From the human T2T-CHM13v2.0 reference genome, Homo sapiens: a stretch of DNA of 64,000 nt. Under the pieces are notes generated by a model, which worked only from the letters and a program-made list of their open reading frames with translations, did no database searches and was not told where the DNA came from. The position numbers and the translations under genes were made by a program. The stretch lies in NCBI RefSeq assembly GCF_009914755.1, contig NC_060948.1. One strand, given 5' to 3'. Shown here piece by piece: positions 14,260 through 28,528 of this stretch. Numbering within the stretch: position 1 is the first letter of the stretch; each line of letters begins with the position of its first letter.

Positions 14260-17200
14260 GCCCTTGAATTAAATGGACTGGAATGGAATGGACTCGAACA
14301 GAGTGGAATGGAAAGGGTTGAGATAGAATGCAATGGACTCCTTCGGAATGGTCTAGTATGCAATGCAATCGACTGGCAGGGAATCAAAAGGAATGTAATC
14401 GAATGGATTGGACTGGAATGCAGTGGACTCGAATAGATTGGAAACGGAATGCAAAGGAATGGAATGGAATAGTATGGAATGGAATGGAAAGGAATGGAGT
14501 GGAATAGACTAGAGTGGAATGGAATGGACTGGAAAGCAATGGACTGGAATGGAACTTTCTTGAATGGACTGGAATCAAACGGAATGGAATGCAATGCAAT
14601 CAAATGGCATGGAATAAAATAGAATGAAAGAGAATCAAATGGAATTGAATCGAATGGAATCGAATGGATTGGAAAGGAATAGAATGGAATGGAATGGAAT
14701 TGACTCAAATGGAATGGACTAGAATGGAATGGATTCGAATGGAAGGCAAAGGAATGGAATCTATTGGAATGGACTCTAATGGAATGGAATGGAAGGGATT
14801 GGAATGGACTCGAATGGAATGGACTGCAATAGAAAGGATTCGAATGGAATGAAAAAGAATTGAATGGAATAGAACAGAATGGAATCAAATCGAATGAAAT
14901 GGAATGGAATAGAAAGGAATGGAATGAAATGGAATGGAAAGGATTCGAATGGAATGCAATCGAATGGAATGGAATCGAACGGAATGGAATAAAATGGAAG
15001 AAAACTGGCAAGAAATGGAATCGAAATGAATGGAGTGTTATGGAACGGACTCAAAAGGAATTGAATGTAATAGAATGGAGTGGAGTGGACTCGAATATAA
15101 TGGACTGGAATGGAATGAAATCACATGGAATGGGAACGAATGGAATGGAATGGAAAGGAGTGGAATCGAATGCAAAGGAATCGAATGGAAGGGAATGAAA
15201 TTGAATCAACAGGAATGGAAGGGAATAGAATAGACGGTAATGGAATGGACTCGAATAGAATGGACACGAATGCTCAAATTGAATGGACTCCAATGGAATG
15301 GAAACGAAAGGAATGTCATCGAATAGAATTGAATCGACTGGAATGAAATCGCAAGAATGGAGTGGAATCAAATGGAATTGAATCGAAAGGAAAGGAAGCG
15401 AATGGACTGAAATGAAATGGAATGGAATTGAATGGAAAGTAATGCAATGGAATAGAATGGAACGAAATTTCACGGAATGGAATCAAACTGAAAGGAATCA
15501 AATCAATGGAATCTAATCAAATGGAATGGAAGGGAATTGAATGGAGTAGATTGGATTGGATGGGATTGGAGTGAAATGTACTGGAAAGGACTCGAATTTC
15601 ATGAAACGGAATGGAATGAATTGGAACGGAATGGACTCGAATGGAATGGAATGTCATGGAATGGCATCAAATGGAATGGCATCAAATGGAATGGAATCGA
15701 ATGCAATGGAATGCTATGGAATGGAATGGAATGCATTGGAATGGAATGTCCTCTAATGGAATGGATTCGAGTGGAATGGAATCGAATATAATGGAGTCGA
15801 ATGAAATGGAATTGAAAGGAATGGGATCGAATACAATGGAATATGCTGGAATGTAATGTAATGAACTCGAATGTAATTGACTGGAATGGAATGTACATGA
15901 ATGGAATGTAATCGAATGGAAAGTAATCCAATGGAATAGAATCTAATGCAATAAAATCGACTCAGATAGAGTAGAATGTAATGGAATAGAGTGCAGTACA
16001 ATGGAATGGAATGGAATGCAATGGAATGGAATGGAATGGAATGGAATGGAATGGGATGGAATGGGATGGAATGGTATGGAGTGGATAGTAATGGACTGGA
16101 GTGAAATGGACTGGAAAGGAATGGACTCAAATTGAAAGGGCTCGAAAGGAATGGAGTCAAATGGAATGGTCTGGAATGGAATGAACACGAATGTAATGCA
16201 ATCCAATAGAATGGAATCGAATGGCATGGAATATAAAGAAATGGAATCGAAGAGAATGGAAACAAATGGAATGGAATTGAATGGAATGGAATTGAATGGA
16301 ATGGGAATGAATGGAGTGAAATTGTATGCAGTAGAAGGGAATAGAATGGAATGCAAGCGAAAGGAAAGGAATGGATTGGAATGGAATGGAATTCATTGGA
16401 ATGGAAGGGAATGTAGTGTAATGGACAGGCCTGGAATAAAGTGGAATGCTACGGTCTCGAATGGAATAAAAATGTATGGAATGGAATGCAATGAAACGGA
16501 ATCGAATGTCATAGAATGTAATGGAATGCAAAAAAATGGAATCCAAAATCATTGACTGGAAAGGCTGGGTGTCGAAAGGAATTGACTCCAATGATATGGA
16601 ATCGAATGGAATGGAAGTGAATAGAATCGAACTAAATCGAATGGAATGGAATTGATAGGAACGGAATGGAAAGGAATGCAATGAATTGGCATGGAATGGA
16701 ATCGAATGGCATCGAATGGAATGGAATGGAATGCAATGGAATGGAATGTATTAGAATGTAATGAACTTTAATGGAATGTACTTGAATGGATTCGACTGGA
16801 ATGGAATGTTCTGGAAGTGAATGGACTCCAATGGAATGGATTCAAAAGGAATGGAATCGTACGGAATGGAATCTAATGGAATGGAATTAAATGGAAATGA
16901 ATCAAATGGAATAGCACGGAATTGAATTGAATGGAATGGAATGCAATGGAATCTAATGAAACGGAAAGGAAAGGAATGGAATGGAATGGAATGGGCTGGA
17001 ATGGAAAGGAATCGAAACGAATGGAATGGAATCGAACTGAAGAGACAGGAATGGAATGCACTGGAATGGAAGGGAGTGTAATGGAAGGTTCTCGAAAAAA
17101 ATGGAATCGAATGGAATGGAATTGAATGGAACGGAATAGAGTCGAATGGAATTGAATGGAATGGAATGGACTAGAGTGAAATGGAATCGAACCACAAGGA

Positions 17201-17817
17201 ATGGACAGGAATAGAATGGTCTCGAATTGAATGGAATCGTATGGAATGGCATCAAACGGAATGGAATGGACAGCCACGGAATGGAATGCACTCGAATGCA
17301 ATGGAGTCGAAACTAATGGACTGGAATAGAATGGACTCGACTGGTACGGACTCCAATGGAATGGAATCGAATGGAAGGGAATCGAACGGAATGGACTCGA
17401 AGGGAAAAGACTGCAATGGAAAGGTCTCGAATGGAATGGAAATAAATGGAATGGAATGGAATCGAATGAAATGGAGTCAAAAGGAATGGAATCGAATGGC
17501 AAGAAATCGAATGTAATGGAATCGCAAGGAATTGATGTGAACGGAACGGAATGGAATGGAATCCAAAGGAATGGAATAGAATGGAATGGAATCGAATGGA
17601 AAGGACTCGAATGGAAATCACTCGAATAGAATGCAATTTAATAAAATAGGATCAAATGTAATGGAATGTAATGGAAAGGAATCGAAACGAAAGGAATGGA
17701 GACAGATGGAATGGAATGGAACAGAGAGCAATGGTATAGAATGGAATGGAATCATCTGGAATGGAATTGAATGGAATGGAATAATATGAAATGGAATGGA
17801 ATGGAATGGAATGGAAT
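14260..17817 (-). repeat. DYZ1 unit U5 (3558 bp), B-type
   Basis: Same B markers as U3; GATATGG at 16593. Confidence 0.9.
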
Positions 17818-20800
17818 GCCCTTGAATTAAATGGACTGGAATGGAATGGACTCGAACAGAGTGGAATGGAAAGTGTTGAGATAGAATGGAATGGACTCCT
17901 TTGGAATGGTGTAGTATGCAATGCAATCGACTGGCAGGGAATCAAAAGGAATGTAATGGAATGGATTGGACTGGAATGCAATGGACTCGAATAGATTGGA
18001 AACGGAATGCAAAGGAATGGAATGGAATAGTATGGAATGGAATGGAAAGGAATGGAGTGGAATAGACTAGAGTGGAATGGAATGGACTGGAAAGCAATGG
18101 ACTGGAATGGAACTTTCTTGAATGGACTGGAATCAAACGGAATGGAATGCAATGCAATCAAATGGCATGGAATAAAATAGAATGAAAGAGAATCAAATGG
18201 AATTGAATCGAATGGAATCGAATGGATTGGAAAGGAATAGAATGGAATGGAATGGAACTGACTCGAATGGAATGGACTAGAATGGAATGGATTCGAATGG
18301 AAGGCAAAGGAATGGAATCTATTGGAATGGACTGTAATGGAATGGAATGGAAAGGATTGGAATGGACTCGAATGGAATGGACTGCAATAGAAAGGATTCG
18401 AATGGAATGAAAAAGAATTGAATGGAATAGAACAGAATGGAATCAAATCGAATGAAATGGAATGGAATAGAAAGGAATGGAATGAAATGGAATGGAAAGG
18501 ATTCGAATGGAATGCAATCGAATGGAATGGAATCGAACGGAATGGAATAAAATGGAAGAAAACTGGCAAGAAATGGAATCGAAATGAATGGAGTGTTATG
18601 GAACGGACTCAAAAGGAATTGAATGTAATAGAATGGAGTGGAGTGGACTCGAATATAATGGAATGGAATGGAATGAAATCACAAGGAATGGGAACGAATG
18701 GAATGGAATGGAAAGGAATGGAATCGAATGGAAAGGAATCGAATGGAAGGGAATGAAATTGAATCAACAGGAATGGAAGGGAATAGAATAGACGGTAATG
18801 GAATGGACTCGAATAGAATGGACACGAATGCTCAAATTGAATGGACTCGAATGGAATGGAAACGAAAGGAATGTCATCGAATGGAATTGAATGGATTGGA
18901 ATGAAATCGCATAGAATGGAGTGGAATCAAATGGAATTGAATCGAAAGGAAAGGAAGCGAATGGACTGAAATGAAATGGAATGGAATTGAATGGAAAGTA
19001 ATGCAATGGAATAGAATGGAACGAAATTTCACGGAATGGAATCAAACTGAATGGAATCAAATCAATGGAATCAAATCAAATGGAATGGAAAGGAATTGAA
19101 TGGAGTAGATTGGATTGGATGGGATTGGAATGAAATGTACTGGAAAGGACTCGAATTTCATGAAACGGAATGGAATGAATTGGAACGGAATGGACTCGAA
19201 TGGAATGGAATGTCATGGAATGGCATCAAATGGAATGGCATCAAATGGAATGGAATCGAATGCAATGGAATGCTATGGAATGGAATGGAATGCATTGGAA
19301 TGGAATGTCCTCTAATGGAATGGATTCGAGTAGAATGGAATCGAATATAATGGAGTCGAATGAAATGGAATTGAAAGGAGTGGGATCGAATACAATGGAA
19401 TATACTGGAATGTAATGTAATGAACTCGAATGTAATTGACTGGAATGGAATGTACATGAATGGAATGTAATCGAATGGAAAGTAATCCAATTGAATAGAA
19501 TCTAATGCAATAAAACCGACTCAGATAGAGTAGAATGTAATGGAATGGAGTGCAGTGCAATGGAATGGAATGGAATGGAAGGCAATGGAATGGAATGGAA
19601 TGGAATGGAATGGAATGGAATGGAATGGAATGGAATGGAATGGGATGGAATGGGATGGAATGGATAGTAATGGACTGGAGTGAAATGGACTGGAAAGGAA
19701 TGGACTCAAATTGAAAGGGCTCGAAAGGAATGGAGTCAAATGGAATGGTCTGGAATGGAATGAACACGAATGTAATGCAATCCAATAGAATGGAATCGAA
19801 TGGCATGGAATATAAAGAAATGGAATCGAAGAGAATGGAAACAAATGGAATGGAATTGAATGGAATGGAATTGAATGGAATGGGAACGAATGGAGTGAAA
19901 TTTTATGCAGTAGAAGGGAATAGAATGGAATGCAAGCGAAAGGAAAGGAATGGATTGGAATGGAATGGAATTCATTGGAATGGAAGGGAATGTAGTGTAA
20001 TGGACAGGCCTGGAATAAGGTGGAATGCTACGGTCTCGAATGGAATAAAAATGTATGGAATGGAATGCAATGAAACGGAATCGAATGTCATAGAATGTAA
20101 TGGAATGCAAAAAAATGGAATCCTAAATCATTGACTGGAAAGGCTGGGTGTCGAAAGGAATTGACTCCAATGGAATGGAATCGAATGGAATGGAAGTGAA
20201 TAGAATCGAACTAAATCGAATGGAATGGAATTGATAGGAACGGAATGGAAAGGAATGCAATGAATTGGTATGGAATGGAATCGAATGGCATCGAATGGAA
20301 TGGAATGGAATGCAATGGAATGGAATGTATTAGAATGTAATGAACTTTAATGGAATGTACTCGAATGGATTCGACTGGAATGGAATGTTCTGGAAGTGAA
20401 TGGACTCCAATGGAATGGATTCAAAAGGAATGGAATCGTACGGAATGGAATCTAATGGAATGGAATTAAATGGAAATGAATCAAATTGAATAGCACGGAA
20501 TTGAATTGAATGGAATGGAATGCAATGGAATCTAATGAAACGGAAAGGAAAGGAATGGAATGGAATGGAATGGGCTGGAATGGAAAGGAATCGAAACGAA
20601 TGGAATGGAATCGAACTGAAGAGACTGGAATGGAATGCACTGGAATGGAAGAGAGTGTAATGGAAGGTTCTCGAAAAAAATGGAATCGAATGGAATGGAA
20701 TTGAATGGAACGGAATAGAGTCGAATGGAATTGAATGGAATGGAATGGACTAGAGTGAAATGGAATCGAACCACAAGGAATGGACAGGAATAGAATGGTC

Positions 20801-21396
20801 TCGAATTGAATGGAATCGTATGGAATGGCATCAAACGGAATGGAATGGACAGCCACGGAATGGAATGCACTCGAATGCAATGGAGTCGAAACTAATGGAC
20901 TGGAATAGAATGGACTCGACTGGTACGGACTCCAATGGAATGGAATCGAATGGAAGGGAATCGAACGGAATGGACTCGAAGGGAAAAGACTGCAATGGAA
21001 AGGTCTCGAATGGAATGGAAATTAATGGAATGGAATGGAATCGAATGAAATGGAGTCAAAAGGAATGGAATCGAATGGCAAGAAATCGAATGTAATGGAA
21101 TCGCAAGGAATTGATGTGAACGGAACGGAATGGAATGGAATCCAAAGGAATGGAATAGAATGGAATGGAATCGAATGGAAAGGACTCGAATGGAAATCAC
21201 TCGAATAGAATGCAATTTAATAAAATAGGATCAAATGTAATGGAATGGAATGGAAAGGAATCGAAACGAAAGGAATGGAGACAGATGGAATGGAATGGAA
21301 CAGAGAGCAATGGTATAGAATGGAATGGAATCATCTGGAATGGAATTGTATGGAATGGAATAATATGAAATGGAATGGAATGGAATGGAATGGAAT
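17818..21396 (-). repeat. DYZ1 unit U6 (3579 bp)
   Basis: Shares U4 markers at 18258 and 19581. Confidence 0.9.
19587..19641 (+). repeat. Perfect (GGAAT)11 tract; equal-longest pure run noticed (also 33875-33929)
   Basis: Counted directly; lies in the length-variable tract present in every unit. Confidence 0.85.
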
Positions 21397-24300
21397 GCCC
21401 TTGAATTAAATGGACTGGAATGGAATGGACTCGAACAGAGTGGAATGGAAAGTGTTGAGATAGAATGGAATGGACTCCTTTGGAATGGTGTAGTATGCAA
21501 TGCAATCGACTGGCAGGGAATCAAAAGGAATGTAATGGAATGGATTGGACTGGAATGCAATGGACTCGAATAGATTGGAAACGGAATGCAAAGGAATGGA
21601 ATGGAATAGTATGGAATGGAATGGAAAGGAATGGAGTGGAATAGACTAGAGTGGAATGGAATGGACTGGAAAGCAATGGACTGGAATGGAACTTTCTTGA
21701 ATGGACTGGAATCAAACGGAATGGAATGCAATGCAATCAAATGGCATGGAATAAAATAGAATGAAAGAGAATCAAATGGAATTGAATCGAATGGAATCGA
21801 ATGGATTGGAAAGGAATAGAATGGAATGGAATGGAATGGACTAGAATGGAATGGATTCGAATGGAAGGCAAAGGAATGGAATCTATTGGAATGGACTGTA
21901 ATGGAATGGAATGGAAGGGATTGGAATGGACTCGAATGGAATGGACTGCAATAGAAAGGATTCGAATGGAATGAAAAAGAATTGAATGGAATAGAACAGA
22001 ATGGAATCAAATCGAATGAAATGGAATGGAATAGAAAGGAATGGAATGAAATGGAATGGAAAGGATTCGAATGGAATGCAATCGAATGGAATGGAATCGA
22101 ACGGAATGGAATAAAATGGAAGAAAACTGGCAAGAAATGGAATCGAAATGAATGGAGTGTTATGGAACGGACTCAAAAGGAATTGAATGTAATAGAATGG
22201 AGTGGAGTGGACTCGAATATAATGGACTGGAAAGGAATGAAATCACAAGGAATGGGAACGAATGGAATGGAATGGAAAGGAATGGAATCGAATGGAAAGG
22301 AATCGAATGGAAGGGAATGAAATTGAATCAACAGGAATGGAAGGGAATAGAATAGACGGTAATGGAATGGACTCGAATAGAATGGACACTAATGCTCAAA
22401 TTGAATGGACTCGAATGGAATGGAAACGAAAGGAATGTCATCGAATGGAATTGAATGGATTGGAATGAAATCGCATAGAATGGAGTGGAATCAAATGGAA
22501 TTGAATCGAAAGGAAAGGAAGCGAATGGACTGAAATGAAATGGAATGGAATTGAATGGAAAGTAATGCAATGGAATAGAATGGAACGAAATTTCACGGAA
22601 TGGAATCAAACTGAATGGAATCAAATCAATGGAATCAAATCAAATGGAATGGAAAGGAATTGAATGGAGTAGATTGGATTGGATGGGATTGGAATGAAAT
22701 GTACTGGAAAGGACTCGAATTTCATGAAACGGAATGGAATGAATTGGAACGGAATGGACTCGAATGGAATGGAATGTCATGGAATGGCATCAAATGGAAT
22801 GGCATCAAATGGAATGGAATCGAATGCAATGGAATGCTATGGAATGGAATGGAATGCATTGGAATGGAATGTCCTCTAATGGAATGGATTCGAGTGGAAT
22901 GGAATCGAATATAATGGAGTCGAATGAAATGGAATTGAAAGGAATGGGATCGAATAGAATGGAATATACTGGAATGTAATGTAATGAACTCGAATGTAAT
23001 TGACTGGAATGGAATGTACATGAATGGAATGTAATCGAATGGAAAGTAATCCAATGGAATAGAATCTAATGCAATAAAATCGACTCAGATAGAGTGGAAT
23101 GTAATTTAATGGAGTGCAGTGCAATGGAATGGAATGGAATGGAATGCAATGGAATGGAATGGAATGGAATGGAATGGAATGGAATGGGATGGAATGGGAT
23201 GGAATGGTATGGAATGGATAGTAATGGACTGGAGTGAAATGGACTGGAAAGGAATGGACTCAAATTGAAAGGGCTCGAAAGGAATGGAGTCAAATGGAAT
23301 GGTCTGGAATGGAATGAACACGAATGTAATGCAATCCAATAGAATGGAATCGAATGGCATGGAATATAAAGAAATGGAATCGAAGAGAATGGAAACAAAT
23401 GGAATGGAATTGAATGGAATGGAATTGAATGGAATGGGAACGAATGGAGTGAAATTGTATGCAGTAGAAGGGAATAGAATGGAATGCAAGCGAAAGGAAA
23501 GGAATGGATTGGAATGGAATGGAATTCATTGGAATGGAAGGGAATGTAGTGTAATGGACAGGCCTGGAATAAAGTGGAATGCTACGGTCTCGAATGGAAT
23601 AAAAATGTATGGAATGGAATGCAATGAAACGGAATCGAATGTCATAGAATGTAATGGAATGCAAAAAAATGGAATCCAAAATCATTGACTGGAAAGGCTG
23701 GGTGTCGAAAGGAATTGACTCCAATGGAATGGAATCGAATGGAATGGAAGTGAATAGAATCGAACTAAATCGAATGGAATGGAATTGATAGGAACGGAAT
23801 GGAAAGGAATGCAATGATTTGGCATGGAATGGAATCGAATGGCATCGAATGGAATGGAATGGAATGCAATGGAATGGAATGTATTAGAATGTAATGAACT
23901 TTAATGGAATGTACTCGAATGGATTCGACTGGAATGGAATGTTCTGGAAGTGAATGGACTCCAATGGAATGGATTCAAAAGGAATGGAATCGTACGGAAT
24001 GGAATCTAATGGAATGGAATTAAATGGAAATGAATCAAATTGAATAGCACGGAATTGAATTGAATGGAATGGAATGCAATGGAATCTAATGAAACGGAAA
24101 GGAAAGGAATGGAATGGAATGGAATGGGCTGGAATGGAAAGGAATCGAAACGAATGGAATGGAATCGAACTGAAGAGACTGGAATGGAATGCACTGGAAT
24201 GGAAGGGAGTGTAATGGAAGGTTCTCGAAAAAAATGGAATCGAATGGAATGGAATTGAATGGAACGGAATAGAGTCGAATGGAATTGAATGGAATGGAAT

Positions 24301-24960
24301 GGACTAGAGTGAAATGGAATCGAACCACAAGGAATGGACAGGAATAGAATGGTCTCGAATTGAATGGAATCGTATGGAATGGCATCAAACGGAATGGAAT
24401 GGACAGCCACGGAATGGAATGCACTCGAATGCAATGGAGTCGAAACTAATGGACTGGAATAGAATGGACTCGACTGGTACGGACTCCAATGGAATGGAAT
24501 CGAATGGAAGGGAATCGAACGGAATGGACTCGAAAGGAAAAGACTGCAATGGAAAGGTCTCGAATGGAATGGAAATTAATGGAATGGAATGGAATCGAAT
24601 GAAATGGAGTCAAAAGGAATGGAATCGAATGGCAAGAAATCGAATGTAATGGAATCGCAAGGAATTGATGTGAACGGAACGGAATGGAATGGAATCCAAA
24701 GGAATGGAATAGAATGGAATGGAATCGAATGGAAAGGACTCGAATGGAAATCACTCGAATAGAATGCAATTTAATAAAATAGGATCAAATGTAATGGAAT
24801 GGAATGGAAAGGAATCGAAACGAAAGGAATGGAGACAGATGGAATGGAATGGAACAGAGAGCAATGGTATAGAATGGAATGGAATCATCTGGAATGGAAT
24901 TGAATGGAATGGAATAATATGAAATGGAATGGAATGGAATGGAATGGAATGGAATGGAAT
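21397..24960 (-). repeat. DYZ1 unit U7 (3564 bp)
   Basis: 15-bp deletion at ~21838; GGACACTAAT at 22390. Confidence 0.9.
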
Positions 24961-27900
24961 GCCCTTGAATTAAATGGACTGGAATGGAATGGACTCGAAC
25001 AGAGTGGAATGGAAAGTGTTGAGATAGAATGCAATGGACTCCTTCGGAATGGTCTAGTATGCAATGCAATCGACTGGCAGGGAATCAAAAGGAATGTAAT
25101 CGAATGGATTGGACTGGAATGCAGTGGACTCGAATAGATTGGAAACGGAATGCAAAGGAATGGAATGGAATAGTATGGAATGGAATGGAAAGGAATGGAG
25201 TGGAATAGACTAGAGTGGAATGGAATGGACTGGAAAGCAATGGACTGGAATGGAACTTTCTTGAATGGACTGGAATCAAACGGAATGGAATGCAATGCAA
25301 TCAAATGGCATGGAATAAAATAGAATGAAAGAGAATCAAATGGAATTGAATCGAATGGAATCGAATGGATTGGAAAGGAATAGAATGGAATGGAATGGAA
25401 TTGACTCAAATGGAATGGACTAGAATGGAATGGATTCGAATGGAAGGCAAAGGAATGGAATCTATTGGAATGGACTGTAATGGAATGGAATGGAAGGGAT
25501 TGGAATGGACTCGAATGGAATGGACTGCAATAGAAAGGATTCGAATGGAATGAAAAAGAATTGAATGGAATAGAACAGAATGGAATCAAATCGAATGAAA
25601 TGGAATGGAATAGAAAGGAATGGAATGAAATGGAATGGAAAGGATTCGAATGGAATGCAATCGAATGGAATGGAATCGAACGGAATGGAATAAAATGGAA
25701 GAAAACTGGCAAGAAATGGAATCGAAATGAATGGAGTGTTATGGAACGGACTCAAAAGGAATTGAATGTAATAGAATGGAGTGGAGTGGACTCGAATATA
25801 ATGGACTGGAATGGAATGAAATCACATGGAATGGGAACGAATGGAATGGAATGGAAAGGAATGGAATCGAATGGAAAGGAATCGAATGGAAGGGAATGAA
25901 ATTGAATCAACAGGAATGGAAGGGAATAGAATAGACGGTAATGGAATGGACTCGAATAGAATGGACACGAATGCTCAAATTGAATGGACTCCAATGGAAT
26001 GGAAACGAAAGGAATGTCATCGAATAGAATTGAATCGACTGGAATGAAATCGCAAGAATGGAGTGGAATCAAATGGAATTGAATCGAAAGGAAAGGAAGC
26101 GAATGGACTGAAATGAAATGGAATGGAATTGAATGGAAAGTAATGCAATGGAATAGAATGGAACGAAATTTCACGGAATGGAATCAAACTGAAAGGAATC
26201 AAATCAATGGAATCTAATCAAATGGAATGGAAAGGATTTGAATGGAGTAGATTGGATTGGATGGGATTGGAGTGAAATGTACTGGAAAGGACTCGAATTT
26301 CATGAAACGGAATGGAATGAATTGGAACGGAATGGACTCGAATGGAATGGAATGTCATGGAATGGCATCAAATGGAATGGCATCAAATGGAATGGAATCG
26401 AATGCAATGGAATGCTATGGAATGGAATGGAATGCATTGGAATGGAATGTCCTCTAATGGAATGGATTCGAGTGGAATGGAATCGAATATAATGGAGTCG
26501 AATGAAATGGAATTGAAAGGAATGGGATCGAATACAATGGAATATGCTGGAATGTAATGTAATGAACTCGAATGTAATTGACTGGAATGGAATGTACATG
26601 AATGGAATGTAATCGAATGGAAAGTAATCCAATGGAATAGAATCTAATGCAATAAAATCGACTCAGATAGAGTAGAATGTAATGGAATGGAGTGCAGTGC
26701 AATGCAATGGAATGGAATGGAATGCAATGGAATGGAATGGAATGGAATGGAATGGAATGGAATGGGATGGAATGGGATGGAATGGTATGGAATGGATAGT
26801 AATGGACTGGAGTGAAATGGACTGGAAAGGAATGGACTCAAATTGAAAGGGCTCGAAAGGAATGGAGTCAAATGGAATGGTCTGGAATGGAATGAACACG
26901 AATGTAATGCAATCCAATAGAATGGAATCGAATGGCATGGAATATAAAGAAATGGAATCGAAGAGAATGGAAACAAATGGAATGGAATTGAATGGAATGG
27001 AATTGAATGGAATGGGAACGAATGGAGTGAAATTGTATGCAGTAGAAGGGAATAGAATGGAATGCAAGCGAAAGGAAAGGAATGGATTGGAATGGAATGG
27101 AATTCATTGGAATGGAAGGGAATGTAGTGTAATGGACAGGCCTGGAATAAAGTGGAATGCTACGGTCTCGAATGGAATAAAAATGTATGGAATGGAATGC
27201 AATGAAACGGAATCGAATGTCATAGAATGTAATGGAATGCAAAAAAATGGAATCCAAAATCATTGACTGGAAAGGCTGGGTGTCGAAAGGAATTGACTCC
27301 AATGGTATGGAATCGAATGGAATGGAAGTGAATAGAATCGAACTAAATCGAATGGAATGGAATTGATAGGAACGGAATGGAAAGGAATGCAATGAATTGG
27401 CATGGAATGGAATCGAATGGCATCGAATGGAATGGAATGGAATGCAATGGAATGGAATGTATTAGAATGTAATGAACTTTAATGGAATGTACTCGAATGG
27501 ATTCGACTGGAATGGAATGTTCTGGAAGTGAATGGACTCCAATGGAATGGATTCAAAAGGAATGGAATCGTACGGAATGGAATCTAATGGAATGGAATTA
27601 AATGGAAATGAATCAAATTGAATAGCACGGAATTGAATTGAATGGAATGGAATGCAATGGAATCTAATGAAACGGAAAGGAAAGGAATGGAATGGAATGG
27701 AATGGGCTGGAATGGAAAGGAATCGAAACGAATGGAATGGAATCGAACTGAAGAGACTGGAATGGAATGCACTGGAATGGAAGGGAGTGTAATGGAAGGT
27801 TCTCGAAAAAAATGGAATCGAATGGAATGGAATTGAATGGAACGGAATAGAGTCGAATGGAATTGAATGGAATGGAATGGACTAGAGTGAAATGGAATCG

Positions 27901-28528
27901 AACCACAAGGAATGGACAGGAATAGAATGGTCTCGAATTGAATGGAATCGTATGGAATGGCATCAAACGGAATGGAATGGACAGCCACGGAATGGAATGC
28001 ACTCGAATGCAATGGAGTCGAAACTAATGGACTGGAATAGAATGGACTCGACTGGTACGGACTCCAATGGAATGGAATCGAATGGAAGGGAATCGAACGG
28101 AATGGACTCGAAGGGAAAAGACTGCAATGGAAAGGTCTCGAATGGAATGGAAATTAATGGAATGGAATGGAATCGAATGAAATGGAGTCAAAAGGAATGG
28201 AATCGAATGGCAAGAAATCGAATGTAATGGAATCGCAAGGAATTGATGTGAACGGAACGGAATGGAATGGAATCCAAAGGAATGGAATAGAATGGAATGG
28301 AATCGAATGGAAAGGACTCGAATGGAAATCACTGGAATAGAATGCAATTTAATAAAATAGGATCAAATGTAATGGAATGGAATGGAAAGGAATCGAAACG
28401 AAAGGAATGGAGACAGATGGAATGGAATGGAACAGAGTGCAATGGTATAGAATGGAATGGAATCATCTGGAATGGAATTGAATGGAATGGAATAATATGA
28501 AATGGAATGGAATGGAATGGAATGGAAT
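24961..28528 (-). repeat. DYZ1 unit U8 (3568 bp), B-type
   Basis: B markers; GGATTTGAAT at 26237. Confidence 0.9.
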
